Below are positions 58,641 through 64,000 of a DNA stretch of 64,000 nt, piece after piece; the first letter of the stretch is position 1; each line of letters begins with the position of its first letter. Made by a program: the position numbers and the translations under genes. The stretch covers positions 216,036,257-216,100,256 of the forward strand of contig NC_058134.1 in assembly GCF_016433145.1 (NCBI RefSeq), written 5' to 3'. This stretch comes from Gracilinanus agilis (lineage: Eukaryota). A model generated the notes under the pieces. It saw nothing but the letters and a program-made list of their open reading frames with translations, was not told where the DNA came from and ran no database searches.

Positions 58641-60169
58641 TTAAGTTTTTGTAGGTCAAGAGCTCTGATTTAATTGGTGAGGAAGCTTTGAGTGAGATGA
58701 GCCCCTCCACCTAGACCATGGGCACTTGTGGGCAGCTTAGAGTTTTGGGTAGTTTCCTGAGCTTTATTGTTTGTTCTGAAAAGAGGCCTAAAAGGTAATG
58801 AGTTATCAAGGGTTTCTTAAGGGTTCAGTCTGCTCCAACCTCTGAGGATGCAAAGAAGGGGCTGAGTGTGATCCCTGCTCTCACTGGAGAGGTCCAGGCT
58901 TTAGTGGGGTTGACATCACACAGATAATTGGTACATAAAAGGTAGATAAAGGATCGTGGGAACTAATCCCAGAAGAACAACATTAGCATGGGGGGATCTG
59001 GAGGAGTTTGGGCTGAGTCTTCAAGGAAACCAGAGAAGCTAGGAATCTGAGGGCAGGAGGGAGCGCAGTGCAGGCATGGCAGGCAGTGAGTCTGAAGGCA
59101 AAGAACCAAGAGAAGGCTGGATGTGAGGAAGAAAGGTAGCCGGCTCCTAGGGAATAAATCACAAGAGCATTGGAAAGGGGTGAAGGGGCACACATGCCAA
59201 ACAGTGGAGTTAATGTTTGATCCAGGAGGGAGCAAGTGGAGTTAATTGGGGTGGAGTGGGGTTACATGGTCAGACCAGGGCTTTGTGAAAATCTCTTTGG
59301 AAGCTGAGTGGAGTGGAGAGAGACTTGAGGCAGGAAGGCCAGTGAGTAGGCCATCACTGCAGGAGGCCTTGCAGGAGACCATGATGGCCTTTACAAGGGT
59401 GGTAGGGAGTTACATGAGTGGGAAGAAAGGGATGATGATGAGGGGAGAAGTGATGAAGGGGAGAATGGCAAAATGTGACTGTGTGGGGTGAGTGAGAGGA
59501 AAGAGTTGAAGATGATGGTCTGGGCCTGATGACTAGGAGGAAGAGGGAGAAGGTTTGGAGGGCAATGAATGAGCTATTTAGCACCAGGTGAGTTGGAGAT
59601 GTCTGTAAGCAGTTAGAAATGTGAGTCTGTTTTCAAACCTGGCTTTCTTGATGCTGGGTCCTAGCAGCTTTATCCACTTTGGGCTGCTGCTGGTGCACAG
59701 ATTATATCACTGGCCATGGTCACCAAGCTAATCATTGCTGAGAAGCCAGAAGCCCCTTTCTTCACCTCCCTTATCCCCCCAGTGTATACTTCCAGACTAT
59801 GCCTTGTAGAATCATCCCCAGGGCTCCACAGGATGTGGGTATAGGCTCCCTTTGAAAATGTTGGAGCTAAGAACATTTGTGCCTCTAGAATATTCAATAT
59901 GATAGAGCCTCAGAATCATCTTGTCTAACCCCCACCCACCCATTTTAGAGAGTGGAAAGCTAAGGCCCAGAGGTCCTCCAGCCAGCATAGAGCAGAGCCA
60001 CGATTTGATCCTGGGACTGTGGCCTGCAGAGCCAGTGCTCTGACTTGCCCGCTAGTATTCTGGATACTAGACAAAGAGCTGGGAGACATTTTTGAGACCA
60101 TGTAACTCGACTCCTTCATTTGAGAGGTCACACTTCTCTACTAGCAGCAGTGCAATAATCCAGGACAAT

Positions 60170-60455
60170 TCTGAGGGACTTATGGAAAGACGCTATTCAC
60201 ACTCAGAGAAAGAACTTCGGGAGCAGAAATGCAGAAGAAAAACAACTGCTTGATCACATGGTTCAATGGGGATGTGATTGGGGATGATGTAGCCTCTAAT
60301 CTATCACCCTAATGCAAATATCAGTAATATGGAAATAGGTCTGGATCAATGACATATGTAAAACCCAGTGGAATTGTGAATTGGCTACAGGAGGGAAGTG
60401 GGAGGAGAGAGGGAAAGAACATGAATCACATAACCATGGAAAAATATTCTAAATT
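60170..60455 (+). mobile_element. L1 3'UTR fragment
   Basis: Homologous by eye to 57200-57480. Confidence 0.8.
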
Positions 60456-60650
60456 GGGGCAGCTGGGTGGCTCAGTGGATTGAGAGCCAGGCCTAGAGAC
60501 AGGAGGTCCTGGGTTCAAATGTGACCTCAGACACTTCCTAGCTGTGTGACCCTGAGCAAGTCACTTGACTCCCACTGCCTATCCTTACCACTCTTCTGCC
60601 TTAGAACCAATACACAGTATTGACTCCAAGACAGAAGGTAAGGGTTTAAA
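60456..60650 (+). mobile_element. CORE-SINE inserted in the L1 tail, 16-bp TSD
   Basis: TSD AAAAATATTCTAAATT at 60440-60455 and 60651-60666. Confidence 0.95.
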
Positions 60651-60967
60651 AAAAATATTCTAAATTAATTAATTAAATTAAATATTTCAAATCACATTTG
60701 AGAGATCACAGGTGACCATTTTTCTATTAAAAAAAAACACAACAGGCTGAATTTCTTCTCTTTGACTCCAGAATTTCTCCCACCTCACCCCTCTTTATTC
60801 TAGGATTGTACCACACCCTTCAGAACTCTTTAGACCAATAGTTCTGGAGTCTACACATGTATTTCTCTTTTTTAAAAAATGAACATATTTCAGTGGATTG
60901 TATTGAAAGTGATATGACTCGGGCTGCCAATACCCAGGTGATGGAGGAGGATGCTCAAACACTGTAG

Positions 60968-62684
60968 CAGGGGTCGGCAACCTTTTTGGTCGTGAGAGCC
61001 ATAGACGCCACCTTTTTTTTTTTAATTTTTAATTTTTAAATTTTTATTTAATTAATTGAGAATATTTTTCCATGGTTACATGATTCATGTTCTTTTTCTT
61101 TCCCCCTCCCTCCCCACCTCCCAAAGCCAAAGAGCAATTCCACTGGGTTTTATAAGTATCATTGATCAAGACCTATTTTCATATTATTAATATTTGCAAT
61201 AGATTGATCATTTAGAGTCTACATCCCCAATCATATTCCCATTGCTGTATATATATATACATATATATATTTAAACATTTACTAATATTCATTTTTAACA
61301 TGGTTACATGATTCATGCTCCTGCTTTCCCCTTCACCCCCCGCACTCCCCCCACCCATGGCCGATGCACATTTCCACTGGTTTTGTCATGTGTCCTTGAT
61401 CAAGACCTATTTCCAAATTGTTGGTAGTTGCAATGGTGTGGTGGTTTCGAGTCCACATCCCCAATCATGTCCACCCCGACCCATGCGTTCAAGCAGTTGT
61501 TTTTCTTATATGTTTCCTCTCCTGCAGTCCTTCCTCTGAATGTGGGTAGCATCTTTTCCATAAATCCCTCAGAATTGTCCTGGGTCATTGCATTGCTGCT
61601 GGCACAGAAGCCCATTACATTCTATTTTACCACAGTATATCAGTCTCTGTGTACAATGTTCTTCTGGCTCTGCTCCTTTCGCTCTGCATCAGTTCCCGGA
61701 GGTCTCTCCAGTTCGCCTGGAACTTCTCCAGTTTATTATTCCTTTTAGCACAATAGTATTCCATCACCAGCATATACCACAGTTTGTTCAGCCATTCCCC
61801 AATTGAAGGACATCCCCTCCTTTTCCAATTTGTTGCCACCACAAAGAGCACAGCTATAAATATTTTCGTACAAGTCTGTTTATCTATGATCTCTTTGGGG
61901 TACAAATCCAGCAATGGTATGGCTGGATCAAAGGGCAGGCATTCTTTTATAGCCCTTTGAGCATAGTTCCAAATTGCCAGCCAGAATGGCTGGATCAGTT
62001 CACGGCTCCACCAGCAATGCATTAATGTCCCAATTTTGCCACAATCCCCTCCAGCATTCATTACTCTCCCCTTCTTTCATTTTAGCCAATCTGCTAGGTG
62101 TGAGGTGAAAAAAAAAAAAAAAAAAAAAATGCATTTCTCTAATTATTAGAGATTTGGAACACTTTCTCATGTGCTTATTGATACTTTTGATTTCTTTACC
62201 TGAAAATTGCCTATTCATGTCTCTTGCCCATTTATCAATTGGGGGAATGGCTTGATTTTTTATACAATTGCTTTAACTCCTCGTATATTTGAGTAATTAG
62301 ACCCCTGTCAGAGTTTTTTGTTATAAAGATTTTTTCCCAATTTGTTGTTTCTCTTCTGATTTTGACTACATTGTTTTTGTTTGTACAAAAGCTTTTTAGT
62401 TTAATATAATCAAAACCATTTAATTTACATTTTGTAATTTTCTCTAACTCTTGCTTGGTTTTAAATTTTTTCCTTTCCCAGAGATCTGACAAGTATACTA
62501 TTCTGTGTTCACAACGCCACCTTTTTTAAAAATGTAATTTCGTGAGAACCGTACAGTGCTCACAGTGAGCACTCCTGTGACAGCACCTGAAAAAAAATGG
62601 ACTTTATGGCTCCTGCAGAAAGAACCATATCTGGCCCTCAAAAGAGCCAGATATGGCTTGAGAGCCATACGTTGCCAACCCCTG
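60968..62684. mobile_element. hAT MITE (~210 bp) split by a nested L1 insertion
   Basis: TIRs CAGGGGTCGGCAAC (60968) and GTTGCCAACCCCTG (ending 62684); 8-bp TSD CACTGTAG (60960-60967) / CACTATAG (62685-62692). Confidence 0.9.
61019..62513 (-). mobile_element. L1 insertion with two tandem L1 3' ends, bounded by one 14-bp TSD
   Basis: TSD ACGCCACCTTTTTT at 61005-61018 and 62514-62527, the latter followed by AAAA (TTTT/AA endonuclease site). ORF2 C-terminal ORF 61627..62061. Confidence 0.9.
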
Positions 62685-63036
62685 CACTATAGCCTCCAAG
62701 GTCCCTGCTGGCCTTGGGAGGAGGGGTCCTGCTCTCTTGTCACCCACAGTCTCATGATCAAGGCTCCCTTCGGTGGGGTTTGATTTGAAACCTTGTGGCT
62801 CTCATTTGTAATGAGAAAAACTTCTGTTGTCCCTCATATGCCAATTCTTACCTTCACTTTAGCCTCAGAAGCTTTGGAGGTGCTGACTGGCTAAGGGAAG
62901 ACATAATGGAGTTTGAGCATGATTTTCTTGATTCATGATTGGTCTTCTGGGCAGCTTGGCCCTGGCACCACCTTCTGTCCCCTTGACATAGGCAGCTCTG
63001 ACTCAGGAGGCCTGTGTTGAATCATAATTGGCCTAA

Positions 63037-63471
<435 letters not shown>

Positions 63472-63639
63472 TAAATCTTCCTATTGATTGTCAGATTCTC
63501 TCTTTGTTTTGGCTTGGTTACAGCCAGGCTTCTTGCCTGTGCTCCCTTGACAAGACTATTTGGACCATCCTTAGAAGGATGCTCTTTTCTCGCCCATCGG
63601 AATTGGTGCTAAGTGTGTCCCTCTCACCACTTTTTTTAA

Positions 63640-63834
63640 TTTTTTAATTTTAATTTTATTTATTTTATTATTTATTTGTTTGTTTATTTATTTGTTTATT
63701 TATTTTTTTAAAAAAACCCTTACCTTTCGTCTTGGAGTCAATACTGTGGATTGGCTCCAAGGCAGAAGAGTGGGAAGGGTAGCCATTGGGGGTCAAGTGA
63801 CTTGCCCAGGGTCACACAGCTGGGAAGTGTCTGA
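63640..63834 (-). mobile_element. 5'-truncated SINE with long (TTTA)n tail
   Basis: Reverse-complement SINE 3' half at 63715-63834, preceded by TTTA repeats. Confidence 0.85.
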
Positions 63835-64000
63835 CTTTCACCACTTTCCCATCCTGAGAATGCCTTTCCAGAAACTGGCAAGTGTCTCACTCAACTCTGG
63901 CTTCCAGCTAGGTAGTTCTATTGGCCTAGAAGCCAAATCTTCTGGCTTTTCTTTATTCATAGAGGAAAACAGACAGCAACATACACGGACATTTTCCACA

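Overview
Eukaryotic, repeat-rich mammalian genomic DNA. The tRNA-derived CORE-SINEs and L1 3' ends look like those of a didelphid marsupial (opossum, e.g. Monodelphis); the species call is inference. The window holds four spliced protein-coding genes in the order known from human 22q13.1. JOSD1 (+) has 4 coding exons and 202 aa, with the C36/H139/D154 triad intact. TOMM22 (-) has 4 exons and 149 aa. CBY1 (-) has 4 coding exons and 127 aa. FAM227A (+) shows 8 coding exons and continues past the window end; it is head-to-head with CBY1 on a shared CpG island. Exon chains were built by hand from splice signals and frame continuity; protein identities rest on remembered orthologue sequences, not a search. 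Non-coding first exons and most repeat boundaries are approximate. Main points for follow-up: a U12-type intron and a probable GC-AG intron in FAM227A; a duplicated exon end giving an in-frame alternative donor in CBY1; two RFX X-boxes in the bidirectional promoter; and a 4.8-kb ORF-less tRNA-Gln-primed (VL30-like) provirus whose splice donor could join CBY1 in frame. Also a hAT MITE carrying a CTCF core motif, a tail-less L1 fragment with a TSD, and a likely L1 3' transduction nested in a hAT MITE. There is one assembly gap (45290-45501). No prokaryotic features, CRISPR arrays, rRNA or tRNA genes were seen.
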